A stretch of DNA of 64,000 nucleotides from Candidatus Pyrohabitans sp. JdFR-17. GTDB taxonomy: Archaea; Hydrothermarchaeota; Hydrothermarchaeia; Hydrothermarchaeales; BMS3B. The stretch is from NCBI GenBank assembly GCA_002011115.2, contig MTME02000068.1, positions 606 to 64,605 on the forward strand, given 5' to 3'. The position numbers and the translations under genes are program-made. Numbering within the stretch: the first letter of the stretch is position 1; each line of letters starts with the position of its first letter. Of the stretch, positions 26,033 to 36,344 are shown piece by piece. The notes beneath the pieces are model-generated. The model was not told where the DNA came from, did not search any database, and saw only the letters and a program-made list of their open reading frames with translations.

Positions 26033-26581
26033 ATGGGGAGAGGGTTACTCAAAATTCTGGCTCTGCTTATACTTCCTTTTGGCATAACTATGACCTTCCT
26101 TATTTTAAACTATGGTGGAAATGTCAGTCTGGGTCTCGATTACTTTTCCACCTACACTCAGCCATACTACAACATGCGGTTTATGGCAGCCACCGCTGTG
26201 GCGATAAGCAATGCCAACGCTGCAATTGAGAGGCTCAACCTCGCGATTGAGTACATTGAGAAGGGCATGCTAAGCCAGGCTTCACAGGAGGTTGAGGAAG
26301 CCGGGGAGTTTATCTCAGCCTTCGAGGAGGCTCTGCTAAAGGTGGAAGAGGAGATTTACAGCGAGGAGAGCAGGCAGGCGTACAGCTCAATCAGGAGGAT
26401 GCTCGACGCGGAGAAGGAGTGCTACTTGTACCTCAAACAGATCCTGAGGAAGGCTCATACAGGCGAGGATTACTCAGAGGAGATGAGGAGGTACAACCGC
26501 GCGGCGATTCGCTATACTGCATATGCCAGCGCCGTATTTGAGTTCCAGAAACGCGCCACAGGTGTGGTGGCGGCGAGGTAG
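26033..26581 (+). CDS. Hypothetical membrane-anchored helical protein
   Basis: N-terminal TM, then a helical E/A-rich region. No known motif recognised. Confidence 0.4.
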   Translation: MGRGLLKILALLILPFGITMTFLILNYGGNVSLGLDYFSTYTQPYYNMRFMAATAVAISNANAAIERLNLAIEYIEKGMLSQASQEVEEAGEFISAFEEALLKVEEEIYSEESRQAYSSIRRMLDAEKECYLYLKQILRKAHTGEDYSEEMRRYNRAAIRYTAYASAVFEFQKRATGVVAAR

Positions 26582-26584
26582 AGT

Positions 26585-27862
26585 CTAAACACCCGCCTTC
26601 ACGATAAAGTCCTCAAGCCTCGACTGCCTTAAGATGGTGCTCCTCTTCAGGTACTCTCTGAGAGGGATTTTCAGCCTCGTCGCTATGCTCTCAAGCGCCT
26701 CGCTCAGCGTGGCGAAGCGCTCGTATGGGTTGCGAAACGCCTGCCGCACATTCTCGCGCACTTCCCAGACGCCAACGGGCATTATGTAGCCCTCGTATAT
26801 CTCGCGGAAGACCACAACGCCCGCCTGACGCCGCATCTTTGCCAGAGCTTCGAGCACAGCGAAGCGCGCCGCGTAGTAGCCCCCACCCTCCTGCTCTGCA
26901 TAGCTGCTGCGCCCGTGATAGCCCTCGTGCTCTACATTAATCGCGGGCTTGTCAAGAGCTAAGGTCCAGAGCGTATTCGGCGCCCACGCTTCAAACTGCT
27001 CATACTCCCACCTTCTCGGCATTAGCAGAATCTCGAAGTGGTTGTCTAAGTATGTGTTGTGGTATACACGGTACTCGTTTATCGCTGGGTAGTTATGAAT
27101 CTCCCTCATCAGTGCTTTGCCCAGAAGGTCGTCCACTGCGGTTATGCTCCAGCGCGTTGGCACCAGGCGACGGCGCTCCTCGTAACCCAGAGCACCTGAG
27201 GACAGTACCCTCGTCAAGTAGTACACATCATAACCCTCGCGGTAGAGCGTGGTTGCGGCGAAGCTTGCGCTCACCTCGTCGCCTGCAAGGGCATCCACCT
27301 TCTTTGGAATCTTCGGGTTCTCAGCCAGCGTCAGCTTCTTAAGGGGAGCCGTGGGACCCAGAGGCTGAGTTAAAGGGGAGAAGCTTATCCCATAGCTGGG
27401 CCTGCGCTCAAATTGCACCTCCGTATCCGGGGCATTTACAGAGAGGGCAACCTCCTGCGCCTGTTCCACTATGCGTGAGCGCTCAGTTACGTGGTGTCTC
27501 ACCTTTGAGCGCACCAGCAGGGAGCGCATCCTTATAATCTCGTCGAAGTCCAAGCCGTACCACTTCGCCGGGTCATCGTATAGCTCTGGGCTCTCCTCGC
27601 TTACCGACGTAAGTGGACCCACGAAGACATTGGGGTAGCCCTTCCAGCCTACGAAGATGCTGGGCGAGGGCCCGAAGAGGCTTTCCTTCAGCTTCCTCTC
27701 TATGGGGCTCCTTATCTTAATCCTTGCGAGAAGCGGGCACGAAGGGCGACCGCACAGCAGCCTGCCCCCCTTGCAGGCTAAGCACAGCTCCCGCGACATT
27801 GGTCTAAGCTTGAGTATCGCCTTGACTATCTCGCAGCTGGGCTTCTTCTCCGCGAGGGGCAT
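26585..27862 (-). CDS. Archaeal Nre-family (DUF650/DUF651) DNA-repair-associated protein
   Basis: N-terminal LCLACKGGRLLCGRPSCPLLARI zinc motif. ~425-aa size typical of Nre. Confidence 0.6.
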   Translation of the reverse strand: MPLAEKKPSCEIVKAILKLRPMSRELCLACKGGRLLCGRPSCPLLARIKIRSPIERKLKESLFGPSPSIFVGWKGYPNVFVGPLTSVSEESPELYDDPAKWYGLDFDEIIRMRSLLVRSKVRHHVTERSRIVEQAQEVALSVNAPDTEVQFERRPSYGISFSPLTQPLGPTAPLKKLTLAENPKIPKKVDALAGDEVSASFAATTLYREGYDVYYLTRVLSSGALGYEERRRLVPTRWSITAVDDLLGKALMREIHNYPAINEYRVYHNTYLDNHFEILLMPRRWEYEQFEAWAPNTLWTLALDKPAINVEHEGYHGRSSYAEQEGGGYYAARFAVLEALAKMRRQAGVVVFREIYEGYIMPVGVWEVRENVRQAFRNPYERFATLSEALESIATRLKIPLREYLKRSTILRQSRLEDFIVKAGV

Positions 27863-27893
27863 GGTAATTATATCTACGCTGCGATTAAAGAAG

Positions 27894-28262
27894 CTAACTC
27901 AAACTTCGAAGCTTCTTCAGCGACTCTATGCTCCCCGACTTTTTGTAATATTCCTTCGCTTTCTCGCGGTTGCCCTTTTTAACATAGACGTCGCCCAGGA
28001 GGTTGTAAACAACCTCGTTCCCATAGACACCCAAGCTTAAAGCGTAGTCAAGCATCTCCTCAGCCCTGCGCAGGTTCCCCTGTCTCATCGCCTCTTCCGC
28101 CTGCGCGCAATAGCTCATCTTCTTGCCGTACTTCTTCTTCAGCTCCTCAAGCTCCTCACGCGAGGCATGCTTCTTCAAAAGCTGCGTAACCTCTTCAGCG
28201 CTGAGCTTCTCCTGATCTATGCCATACTTCTTTAAAAGTTCCTTCTCCTGCTTGGGAGTCAT
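27894..28262 (-). CDS. Small TPR-like protein
   Basis: Start moved to the internal ATG (MTPKQEKELLKKYG...). C-terminal TPR-like helices ...NLLGDVYVKKGNREKAKEYYKKS. Confidence 0.45.
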   Translation of the reverse strand: MTPKQEKELLKKYGIDQEKLSAEEVTQLLKKHASREELEELKKKYGKKMSYCAQAEEAMRQGNLRRAEEMLDYALSLGVYGNEVVYNLLGDVYVKKGNREKAKEYYKKSGSIESLKKLRSLS

Positions 28263-28358
28263 AAGGAATGGGTGGGCAGCAGGAGAATATAAGGGTTGCG
28301 CCAGGGGGTTAAGGTTATACCTCAGAAAGATTAACATCAATTTAGGAGGCGAAGGGAA

Positions 28359-29084
28359 ATGACGGAGCTTCTATACCTCAAGGACAGCTATCTTCGCAAC
28401 TTTGAGGCAAGGGTGCTTGGGGCTGAGGAGGACAAGGTGGTACTCTCAGCTACGGCGTTCTACCCCGAGGGCGGAGGGCAACCGACGGATACAGGCGCTC
28501 TTATTTATGAGGGTGAGCGCTACCCGGTTGTAAAGGTGAAGCGCGAGGGCGGCGAAGTAGTGCACTACTGCGAGGGCGCAGAGCTTAAGGAGGGTGACGT
28601 GGTTCGAGGTGAGATTGACTGGCAGAGACGCTACACCTTCATGCGCTACCATACAGCGCTGCACATCTTAGCGAAGGTGCTCTTCGACGAGTTTGAAGCG
28701 GTTGTGACTGGCAACCAGATTGGCTTGGAGAAGTCGCGCATGGACTTCGACGTGGCAAACTTTGACCGCTCTGTTCTGCCAGAGATTGAAGCAAAAACGA
28801 ACGAGGCAATCGCTCAAGGGCATGAGGTGAAGATATACACCCTGCCACGGGAAGAGGCGTTTGATAGGGTTGACCCCAGAAAGACCCGCATAGACTTAAT
28901 CCCCAAGAGCATTCGCGAGATTCGCCTGGTGGAAATCGTAGGCTTTGACATAGACGCCTGCGGGGGCACGCACGTGGCGAACACCCGCGAAATAGGCGGT
29001 ATAAAGATAACCAGCTTCAAGAGCAAGGGGAAGAGGAACAAGCGCATAGAGGTGGTGCTCAGCAAGAGTTCGCAAGGTGATTAA
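28359..29084 (+). CDS. alaX: Alanyl-tRNA editing protein AlaX (AlaX-M type)
   Basis: HTALH and CGGTH zinc motifs. 241 aa. Confidence 0.85.
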   Translation: MTELLYLKDSYLRNFEARVLGAEEDKVVLSATAFYPEGGGQPTDTGALIYEGERYPVVKVKREGGEVVHYCEGAELKEGDVVRGEIDWQRRYTFMRYHTALHILAKVLFDEFEAVVTGNQIGLEKSRMDFDVANFDRSVLPEIEAKTNEAIAQGHEVKIYTLPREEAFDRVDPRKTRIDLIPKSIREIRLVEIVGFDIDACGGTHVANTREIGGIKITSFKSKGKRNKRIEVVLSKSSQGD

Positions 29085-29139
29085 GCGCAGGGAAGATACT
29101 CAGCAAAGGTTTTTAAACACACCTTGCAAAAAACTTACG

Positions 29140-30033
29140 ATGAATTTCCAACGCGAAAAGATTCCAAGAAAGAAAATAATCTTTTCTTTTTTGCTGGCTT
29201 TTGTAATCCTGTATTTGATAATATCCAACATCTCCATAGGTTTGCTGCTATCACATTTAAAGAATGTAAACCCGGTGTTGTATGTTTCTGGATTTGTGGC
29301 TTTCTATCTTTCAGTATTTGTTAGGGGTGTTCGCTGGAAATATCTCTTAGACAGAGTAAATATTCCATTAACATTATGGACAAACCTTAAGGTATATTTT
29401 CTTTCATGGTTCTTCAATTGTATTTTCCCTGCAAAGATGGGTGATATCTACCGTGGATACTATGTGAAATCCCACTTCTCAAAAATTATTGGCAGGATAT
29501 TTTTAGAGAGAGTTGTGGATGTTTCTACGCTTATATTTCTGGTGGTCATTACTTCATTTTTATACCTTAAAAAAATACCCCATATTCTCTCCCGCCCCAT
29601 GGAGATAGGAATTTTACTTTCAATCGCAGCTATTTTGGCTATAATTGCAATAAGACGTGTTTCATTATCTAGGAGATTCTTTTTAGCATTTAAAGAGGGA
29701 GCATCCATTAACAGGATGGAGATACCTGTAATACTTGCGTTATCATTTCTCATCTGGATTTTGGAGTCTGCTCGGCTTTTCTTTGTGGCGGACGCTACCG
29801 GGATAGAGCTAAGTTTTGGTGTGGCTATTTTCATCGCCCTAGCAGCGTCTCTGCTCACGGCCTTCCCTACACCAGCAGGTTTAGGGGCTGTGGAGCTTGG
29901 AATTGCTGGCTTACTTATCCTCTTTGGCATAGAAAAGGAGATTGCCATCTCAATTGCCCTGCTGGATAGATTAATAAGCTACTGGAGCATACTCGTGTTC
30001 GGTGGTATACTTTATGCGTTCAAGGGAAAATAG
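29140..30033 (+). CDS. UPF0104 / MprF-TM-like flippase-like membrane protein
   Basis: Start moved to the ATG outside alaX. Polytopic, with the typical R(G)VRWKYLL segment and C-terminal PAGLGAVE. Confidence 0.6.
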   Translation: MNFQREKIPRKKIIFSFLLAFVILYLIISNISIGLLLSHLKNVNPVLYVSGFVAFYLSVFVRGVRWKYLLDRVNIPLTLWTNLKVYFLSWFFNCIFPAKMGDIYRGYYVKSHFSKIIGRIFLERVVDVSTLIFLVVITSFLYLKKIPHILSRPMEIGILLSIAAILAIIAIRRVSLSRRFFLAFKEGASINRMEIPVILALSFLIWILESARLFFVADATGIELSFGVAIFIALAASLLTAFPTPAGLGAVELGIAGLLILFGIEKEIAISIALLDRLISYWSILVFGGILYAFKGK

Positions 30034-30715
30034 CTTTTCTCTGGTAATCCCCGCCTACAACGAGGAGAAGAGAATAGAAGATGTTCTGAAGGCTTATAAG
30101 GACGTGGCTGATGAGGTGATTGTGGTAGCCAATGGTTGTACCGATGCAACTGTTGAGATAGTAGGTAAATTCTCTAAGAAATACCCGAATATCAAGCTAA
30201 TGGTGTTTGAAGAAAAGCTTGGCAAGGGGGGTGCGGTTATCGAGGGGTTTAAAGAGGCTTCTCATGGCATCGTTGGTTTCGTGGATTCCGACCTTTCAGT
30301 GCCTCCAGAGGAGCTGAAGCGTTTGGTTAGAATACTTAAAAGCGGAGAGTTTGCAGGGGTGATAGGAAGCAGGCGCGCGGAAGGTTCAGAGATTGTTATC
30401 AAGCAGCCATTTTTCAGAAGATTGTCGAGTAGAATCTTCAATTTACTTGTGAGAACACTTTTTGGATTGAAATTCAGAGATACCCAGTGCGGGGCTAAGA
30501 TATTTAGAAAATCTGCCATAGACGCTGTAATCGATTCTATTCATACCAGAGGCTATGAGTTCGATGTTGAGCTTCTGTGGAAGCTTGCTAAAAGAGGTTT
30601 TGTGATTAAAGAAGTGGGCATTAAATGGGGACATTCTGGAGAATCAAAATTCAGACTTTCTTATGGGCCAGAGATGCTCATAAATTTATTGAGAATACGT
30701 TTTTTCAGTAAATAG
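30002..30715 (+). CDS. GT2 glycosyltransferase (polyprenyl-phosphate hexose synthase-like)
   Basis: SLVIPAYNEE, VVANGCTDAT, DSDLS and a QCGAK-type segment. Confidence 0.8.
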   Translation: MVYFMRSRENSFSLVIPAYNEEKRIEDVLKAYKDVADEVIVVANGCTDATVEIVGKFSKKYPNIKLMVFEEKLGKGGAVIEGFKEASHGIVGFVDSDLSVPPEELKRLVRILKSGEFAGVIGSRRAEGSEIVIKQPFFRRLSSRIFNLLVRTLFGLKFRDTQCGAKIFRKSAIDAVIDSIHTRGYEFDVELLWKLAKRGFVIKEVGIKWGHSGESKFRLSYGPEMLINLLRIRFFSK

Positions 30716-32283
30716 ACAACAAGGGCGAAAGCTGAAAAAATCGAGATAATCTTAGCCAACCTCCTAATCAGGGTATCCTCAAAGCTTATGTAGATTCTGT
30801 TGTAGCCCTCGGGTACGTAAAATGTTATTAGTCCGCTTTTATCAGGATAGAGCTGTACTTTTGCATCATTAATCTCCACCTCCCAGCCGGGGAAGTAGAA
30901 TATTGGGAGGGTGATGTTCTGCGCCTGCGTAAAGTTGCCCTCCATGTAGTAACGGTTGCATCCCACGGGTGCGACATCGAAAGGCCATGGGATCCTATCT
31001 TTCTGCCTCAGTTCTGAGTAATTGCTTACCCACCTTGGGAGGAGCTCATTCATCCCTACAGTAGTTTTAGGTCCGATTTTCTTGACATACTGATAGTTGT
31101 ACAATGCCAGCTTCTCATCTTGTACCGGAAGTATGAATAGAACTGGCATTGAATATAGAATAAAAATTATCCCAAAGAGTAGTGCAAAAACTTTTATCTC
31201 TCTCCTCCTTCTGAAGATTGTGAGAAAGACAGCTGAAAGAAAAGATGCTGCGAAGGAAGCAATCAGAAGAAATCTCCATGGAAAAAGAACAAAATCAAAA
31301 AATGGTATAATATCCCATAAAATTTTTGATTGATGTAGTGAAAATAAAATGGATATCAAAAGAGTTGACGTAAAATAGACAATGTATCGTTTAAGATTTT
31401 TATTGCCCTTGTATAATAAGTATAAGGCTAGCAGTGAGAATATTACATGAATATTACCGATTTGAAAGCTCATCCCATCTCCCGGACCTGGTACACTTAA
31501 CCCAAAACCCCATCTTTTTTCGAAGAGCTGGGAAAAATAAACAAAGTGATCAGCATAATTAAATGTGGGGTTTGGATATAAGTATCTAAATTCTGCTATC
31601 GCGGGCAGCCAATAGAAGGCACTTAGTCCCAGTCCGAGTAAAAGAAAAGCTGTGGTTTTCAATCGTTCTTTCTGAAGCAACACAAAGAGAAAGATAAACG
31701 GTGTTGAAATAAAGGCTGGAATGTTATGGGTGAGTATAAGGAGTGCATACGACAGGGATATCAAGGGATAATACTCTGCTCTACTATTTGCCTTGAGAAT
31801 GGAATAAAACACTAGCGGGAGAAATATAAAGGTGAGAAATTCAGGCAAGGCGCCTCTAACATAGGCGTCGAGGAGATGGTAGGGGGCGTAAATGTAGGCA
31901 ACCGCTGCAACAAGGGCAGGTATCTCCCCTAGAATTTCCCTTGCAAATAAAAACATTGCTATGCCTGAGAGCACAAAACCTGCAATGAAGGTGGCAACTA
32001 TCGCCTCAGGAAAGTCAACGCCAAGAATGTGAAAAACCTCTGCAAAGTAATAGGTAAAAGGGGAATAGTAGTTGAAAAGGGGCATTCCATAGCCAGAGGC
32101 CAATTCTTGTATCCATCGGGGGTAAAAGCAGCCTTCTCTTAGAGCATTGTCAAAGAGAATAAGCCTATCCAAATGAAAAAATGTATCATGACTGTAAAAG
32201 AATTTTATCCCTACCAATGGTTTAACTGCAAAGATAGTTGTTATTGCTGCTATAATAGCATATTTACACGTTCTTCTCATCAT
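30661..32283 (-). CDS. Large polytopic membrane protein, GT-C-like (YfhO / PTPS-related membrane family-like)
   Basis: 540 aa. SHDTFFHLDRLILFDNALREGCFYPRWIQELASGYGMPLFNYYSPF resembles the conserved N-terminal loop of this family (from memory). Confidence 0.5.
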   Translation of the reverse strand: MMRRTCKYAIIAAITTIFAVKPLVGIKFFYSHDTFFHLDRLILFDNALREGCFYPRWIQELASGYGMPLFNYYSPFTYYFAEVFHILGVDFPEAIVATFIAGFVLSGIAMFLFAREILGEIPALVAAVAYIYAPYHLLDAYVRGALPEFLTFIFLPLVFYSILKANSRAEYYPLISLSYALLILTHNIPAFISTPFIFLFVLLQKERLKTTAFLLLGLGLSAFYWLPAIAEFRYLYPNPTFNYADHFVYFSQLFEKRWGFGLSVPGPGDGMSFQIGNIHVIFSLLALYLLYKGNKNLKRYIVYFTSTLLISILFSLHQSKILWDIIPFFDFVLFPWRFLLIASFAASFLSAVFLTIFRRRREIKVFALLFGIIFILYSMPVLFILPVQDEKLALYNYQYVKKIGPKTTVGMNELLPRWVSNYSELRQKDRIPWPFDVAPVGCNRYYMEGNFTQAQNITLPIFYFPGWEVEINDAKVQLYPDKSGLITFYVPEGYNRIYISFEDTLIRRLAKIISIFSAFALVVYLLKKRILNKFMSISGP

Positions 32284-33742
32284 CGCCCCTCAAATTACCT
32301 CTCAGATAGATAACAGACACATTATCAACGTATATCATTTCCCATGAGGTACTTTCGTTAAAGTACAAGTCCAAAGCGATACCTTTAGGGATTAATATTA
32401 GAGATATATTGTATTTTTTCAATATCTCAGGCGCTTCGGGTCTCAGATTCTTAACTTTGGCATATTCTCCTATAAAATCGCCATAGAGGTCTGCTCTTCC
32501 ATCAACAAATACTCTATAGGTTGGGTAAAGTTTCCATATTAAATATCCACCCCACCCGTAGTAGTTGAACATATTATATTTACTTAGCTCTTCTTCATTC
32601 TGCAGGAGATACTCTGCAGCATCTTTGGGAAATTTTTTGTAGACTACAGGGGAATCCTTTAAATATTCAAAACTATTCACATAAAAATTATATCCAAAGA
32701 GCGTTGCGCCTATAACAAGAAAAGCAATGGAGAAGGAAAGAGAAAAAGTTCTCAAAGCATTCTGAGGGATATTTAGTATTGAAATCCTCTGTTCTACTAA
32801 AAGCTGGGCATATTTAAAAATTATCGGAACAACAATTAACGCATAGATCGTCGTATTCCTAATGGCGAATAGCCCAAGATGGGTGAATAGCAGGATTAGC
32901 ACAATGTCCAAAGCACTTACCCTTTTTGAAAATGCCAGAACTATAATTGAAAGAAGTAGAGCTCCCTCAAAGGCAGAGAAGGTGTGGAAGCTCGGTGATT
33001 GCCACTCCAAAATATACTTCGTATGGACGCTTTCTGTAACATATTGTAACGGATAGAGCAAAATTTCATAAGTATTTGGATTTATTAGAGTTGCCGCTAT
33101 AGAGGCTGCTAGGATTTTGGAAAGGTAAACTCCCTTTTTTCTATTATGTACCAGGGCGTTTATGACATATAAAAAGAGTAGGAGCAAACCGAGTATAAAA
33201 CTTCCATGGAGATTGACCCAGACAATCATAATTAGAGGAATGCTCCAGAGAATTTTTTTATCCCTTAGAATATAAAGGTCTAGGATATAAAGAATTAGAG
33301 GAATGAACAGGAAGGTAAAAATCAGCGGTCTGCTTAGCCAGGAAACATGCGATATCATTACTATGACTGCTATTGAGAAGACATTAAAGTATCCGTTTAA
33401 AAATAGTTGATTTCTTTTATATATAATAAAAAATGACAGCATCAACACAAATGTTTTCAAAATTATAGGCCCATAAAATCCAAACAGCTTATAAGTAATG
33501 TAAAAAATTAGCTGGGATAGCCACTCATGATTAGTCCAGGGTTCGCCCGCCTTCGTGTAGGAGAAAATGTCTTTATCAGGTATATCCCAGCTCTGGTAAA
33601 TTATCTCCCCAGTTTTAAGATGCCACCAGATGTCGTAATTTTTAATCGGTTGTAATGATAGCAAGATTATTATAATAAATATCGCTACCGAAAGGATTTT
33701 CTGTGGAATCTTTTCCATATTCAAGTTATCACCACGCTTCAA
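32264..33742 (-). CDS. Large polytopic membrane protein, GT-C-like
   Basis: 492 aa, more than 10 TM. First loop: DIWWHLKTGEII...DIFSYTKAGEPWTNHEWLSQ. Confidence 0.45.
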   Translation of the reverse strand: MKRGDNLNMEKIPQKILSVAIFIIIILLSLQPIKNYDIWWHLKTGEIIYQSWDIPDKDIFSYTKAGEPWTNHEWLSQLIFYITYKLFGFYGPIILKTFVLMLSFFIIYKRNQLFLNGYFNVFSIAVIVMISHVSWLSRPLIFTFLFIPLILYILDLYILRDKKILWSIPLIMIVWVNLHGSFILGLLLLFLYVINALVHNRKKGVYLSKILAASIAATLINPNTYEILLYPLQYVTESVHTKYILEWQSPSFHTFSAFEGALLLSIIVLAFSKRVSALDIVLILLFTHLGLFAIRNTTIYALIVVPIIFKYAQLLVEQRISILNIPQNALRTFSLSFSIAFLVIGATLFGYNFYVNSFEYLKDSPVVYKKFPKDAAEYLLQNEEELSKYNMFNYYGWGGYLIWKLYPTYRVFVDGRADLYGDFIGEYAKVKNLRPEAPEILKKYNISLILIPKGIALDLYFNESTSWEMIYVDNVSVIYLRGNLRGDDEKNV

Positions 33743-33784
33743 TGATGGACATGATTTATTTTTTATATCTTAAAAATATAAATT

Positions 33785-34612
33785 ATGAACCCAACCGCTC
33801 CGTATAATAATGGGAAAAATTTCTCTGGGAATAAATTTTGTATTATGCTCATTCTTTTAATAATTATATTCGGTGGATGCACTTATCCATCAGATAACTT
33901 TACAGGAAACGTTAAGGGTGCAATAACTTTTGCGATTTATGGAGACAACAGGGATAACTTTGATATTCACAGGCAAATAGTTATGAAAATGTAGGAATAC
34001 CATCCTCTTTTCGTCATACATACAGGAGACTTTGTAAATTCTGGAGATTCTATATATGAATGGAGAAAGTTCGAGGAGATAACCCAAGCATTAAAAATAT
34101 ACCCCACAGTAGGAAATCACGACTATCCCCTTGAAAATTACTTTAAAATATTCGGAGTACCGTCTTATTACTCTTTAGATTATGAATGCCTCCATGTGGT
34201 AGGTATCAATGCCTTTGAAAACTTATCTCCTGGAAGTCCTCAATATCGTTGGCTTGAAGAGGACTTAAATACCACCCCCCATTGGAAGTGGAAAATAGTC
34301 TTTCTTCATCTCCCTCCATATAGCTCGGGCAAACATGGTTCTAATATTTGGGTGCGTGAAAACTTAGTACCTCTCTTAGAAAAATACGCTGTCGACTTCG
34401 TCTTTTCAGGACATGACCACGGATATGAAAGGAGCTACCCGATTTTGGGAGGAGAGGTCAATGAGAGCGGTGTTGTGTACTTTGTGAGCGGCGGTAGAGG
34501 TGCAGATTTATATGGCTTTGGTTCCAATTGGTGGACAGCAAAGTCAAAAAGCACCCACCACTTTATTCTCGGTGAAGTCAACCTGACAATAGCGAGATTC
34601 ATTGCTATTTGA
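33785..34612 (+). pseudogene. Calcineurin-like metallophosphoesterase lipoprotein interrupted by one in-frame TAG (33992-33994)
   Basis: Track ORFs 33785..33994 and 34196..34612 share one frame. Read across the TAG, the motifs are in order: IYGDNRD, HTGDFVNSG, GNHD, VFLHLPPYSSGKHG, GHDHGYER. Confidence 0.7.
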
Positions 34613-34688
34613 TGCTCAAGGAAATGTTTTCGACATATATACCAAAAAGAGGGCGAAGCCCAAAGTTTTGTATACTATACCATATTGA

Positions 34689-36263
34689 TTAATAATAATT
34701 TACTACTGCACCTAAAAGATGTGGATCCTTAAATATCATCCCAACGCTTTCCACAGCCATATCATGCCTCATAAGCACCTCAATACTAATACCATTTTCT
34801 AGGATTTCAAAGTCTTTTACACAAGGATGATTGGAGAGTTTATTTATCTCTTGAGGGGTAACCTCTCTATTTAAAAAAATCACCACTGTTCTATTATCTC
34901 CAATTCTACCTGGGGAAACACCATAAATCCCACCATTGGAATTTCTAGCTGCTTCTACGAATTCCAAATTAATTATTTCCCCAAATTTAAATGGTTTATT
35001 TGAAGAGAAAGTACCAAATATGAAAGGACCTTCTTTAAAAATTACCTTGATTTTAATTTCTTCAGATGAAAATATATTCTCAATTTCCTCTTGGGTTGAA
35101 GTTTCAAGAGCAGGAGAATATATGGTAGCATTCCAGACTCTACTCGATACTACGCCATAATTTCTAAATCCTTTATACATAATTAAAAAACCTAGGGAAG
35201 ATGCAGTAACTAACAGAACAATTAAGCATGCAGCGATTCTTATGCGTAATTTTTTATTTGCTGTCTGGAATGATTTAAAAAGCAGAAAGGTCGACAGAAT
35301 CGTTGGAAATAATAGAAGTGCCTGTGGATTGTTACTATTATCATATGCTGGAATTTTAAGGAGAACTATTGCGTAAATAACTAAAAGAAAAGGAAGTATT
35401 GAAAATAGGTAAATTAGCGGTATTGAAAACCAGTTTGTTATATTTTCTTTTCTAGATATCAGGTATACCAAGAATGACAAGTAGGCTCCCAGACTGGCAT
35501 ATGAAAAGGATGTGAAAATTCCTCCATCAATAGAGGTTACAAATATCCCAAAGGCAGGCACAGATAGGACAAAGTAATGGGTAATGCCATATTCGCTGAG
35601 TATCATATAACCAAGAATAACCCACAGCAAGAAGGACATTATAAGCAATACCGCAGTAGCTTTATACACCTCTCCAGGGATAACGTGTGTCCACTCTAGA
35701 AAATCCACATTGAAAATTCCGTTGAGATAAAGCATGTCAAAGGCATAGGCAAGGGTTGGCTTTAATAGATGATGATGAAGCCAGGAATTTGGGGCACTGT
35801 AACTTAATGAATTTATGGGAATTAAAAATTCTGCAGAATTCGGCATTGCACGTGATTCCAATTCATGTTTAAACAAAAAAAATCCAACACCATAAAGTAC
35901 AAGGTTAGGTAAGAGATATAGTAACATTAAATTTATAGAATTTCCAATTTGAATATTTATCTTTAGCTTATAGGTTATGGATCTAATAAATAAAGGAATT
36001 AGAATGAAAATAAAGAAAAACGATATTTTTAAGCCACTAGATCCACCAAAATATGGATACATGACCATTTGTATGTAGTAAGCTACCTTAATATATAGAT
36101 TAGTTATAATTGCCAGTATCATAACGGATAGAGTCGAAATAAAAATAAATTTTTCTGACTTAGATGTTTTCTTCATGTTCAATTTGACCGAAATAAATAA
36201 GCGCTGAAGTTGTTTTATCACACTTATTAAAATCAACAGTACCCAATTTAAAATTTTCCGCAC
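34689..36263 (-). CDS. Large polytopic membrane protein, function unknown (true start may be the internal ATG near 36176)
   Basis: 524-aa AT-rich ORF: about 10 TM plus a C-terminal soluble domain. Confidence 0.45.
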   Translation of the reverse strand: MRKILNWVLLILISVIKQLQRLFISVKLNMKKTSKSEKFIFISTLSVMILAIITNLYIKVAYYIQMVMYPYFGGSSGLKISFFFIFILIPLFIRSITYKLKINIQIGNSINLMLLYLLPNLVLYGVGFFLFKHELESRAMPNSAEFLIPINSLSYSAPNSWLHHHLLKPTLAYAFDMLYLNGIFNVDFLEWTHVIPGEVYKATAVLLIMSFLLWVILGYMILSEYGITHYFVLSVPAFGIFVTSIDGGIFTSFSYASLGAYLSFLVYLISRKENITNWFSIPLIYLFSILPFLLVIYAIVLLKIPAYDNSNNPQALLLFPTILSTFLLFKSFQTANKKLRIRIAACLIVLLVTASSLGFLIMYKGFRNYGVVSSRVWNATIYSPALETSTQEEIENIFSSEEIKIKVIFKEGPFIFGTFSSNKPFKFGEIINLEFVEAARNSNGGIYGVSPGRIGDNRTVVIFLNREVTPQEINKLSNHPCVKDFEILENGISIEVLMRHDMAVESVGMIFKDPHLLGAVVNYY

Positions 36264-36344
36264 TCTTGTTCATTATCTGAAAGGAAAATTCATATATCTG
36301 CAATATTATATGAAATGCCATAACTCACAAAGGAGTAAGATAAA

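Noticed and set aside
30661-30715. 55-nt convergent overlap of the GT2 gene and the 540-aa membrane protein gene
   Set aside because: It is probably just tail-to-tail overlap of 3' ends in a compact island. I see no signal suggesting an antisense regulatory function.
33992-33994. TAG as a pyrrolysine codon
   Set aside because: The gene family is unrelated to methylamine methyltransferases, no pyl genes are in the window, and the position is a poorly conserved linker. A nonsense mutation is the simpler reading.
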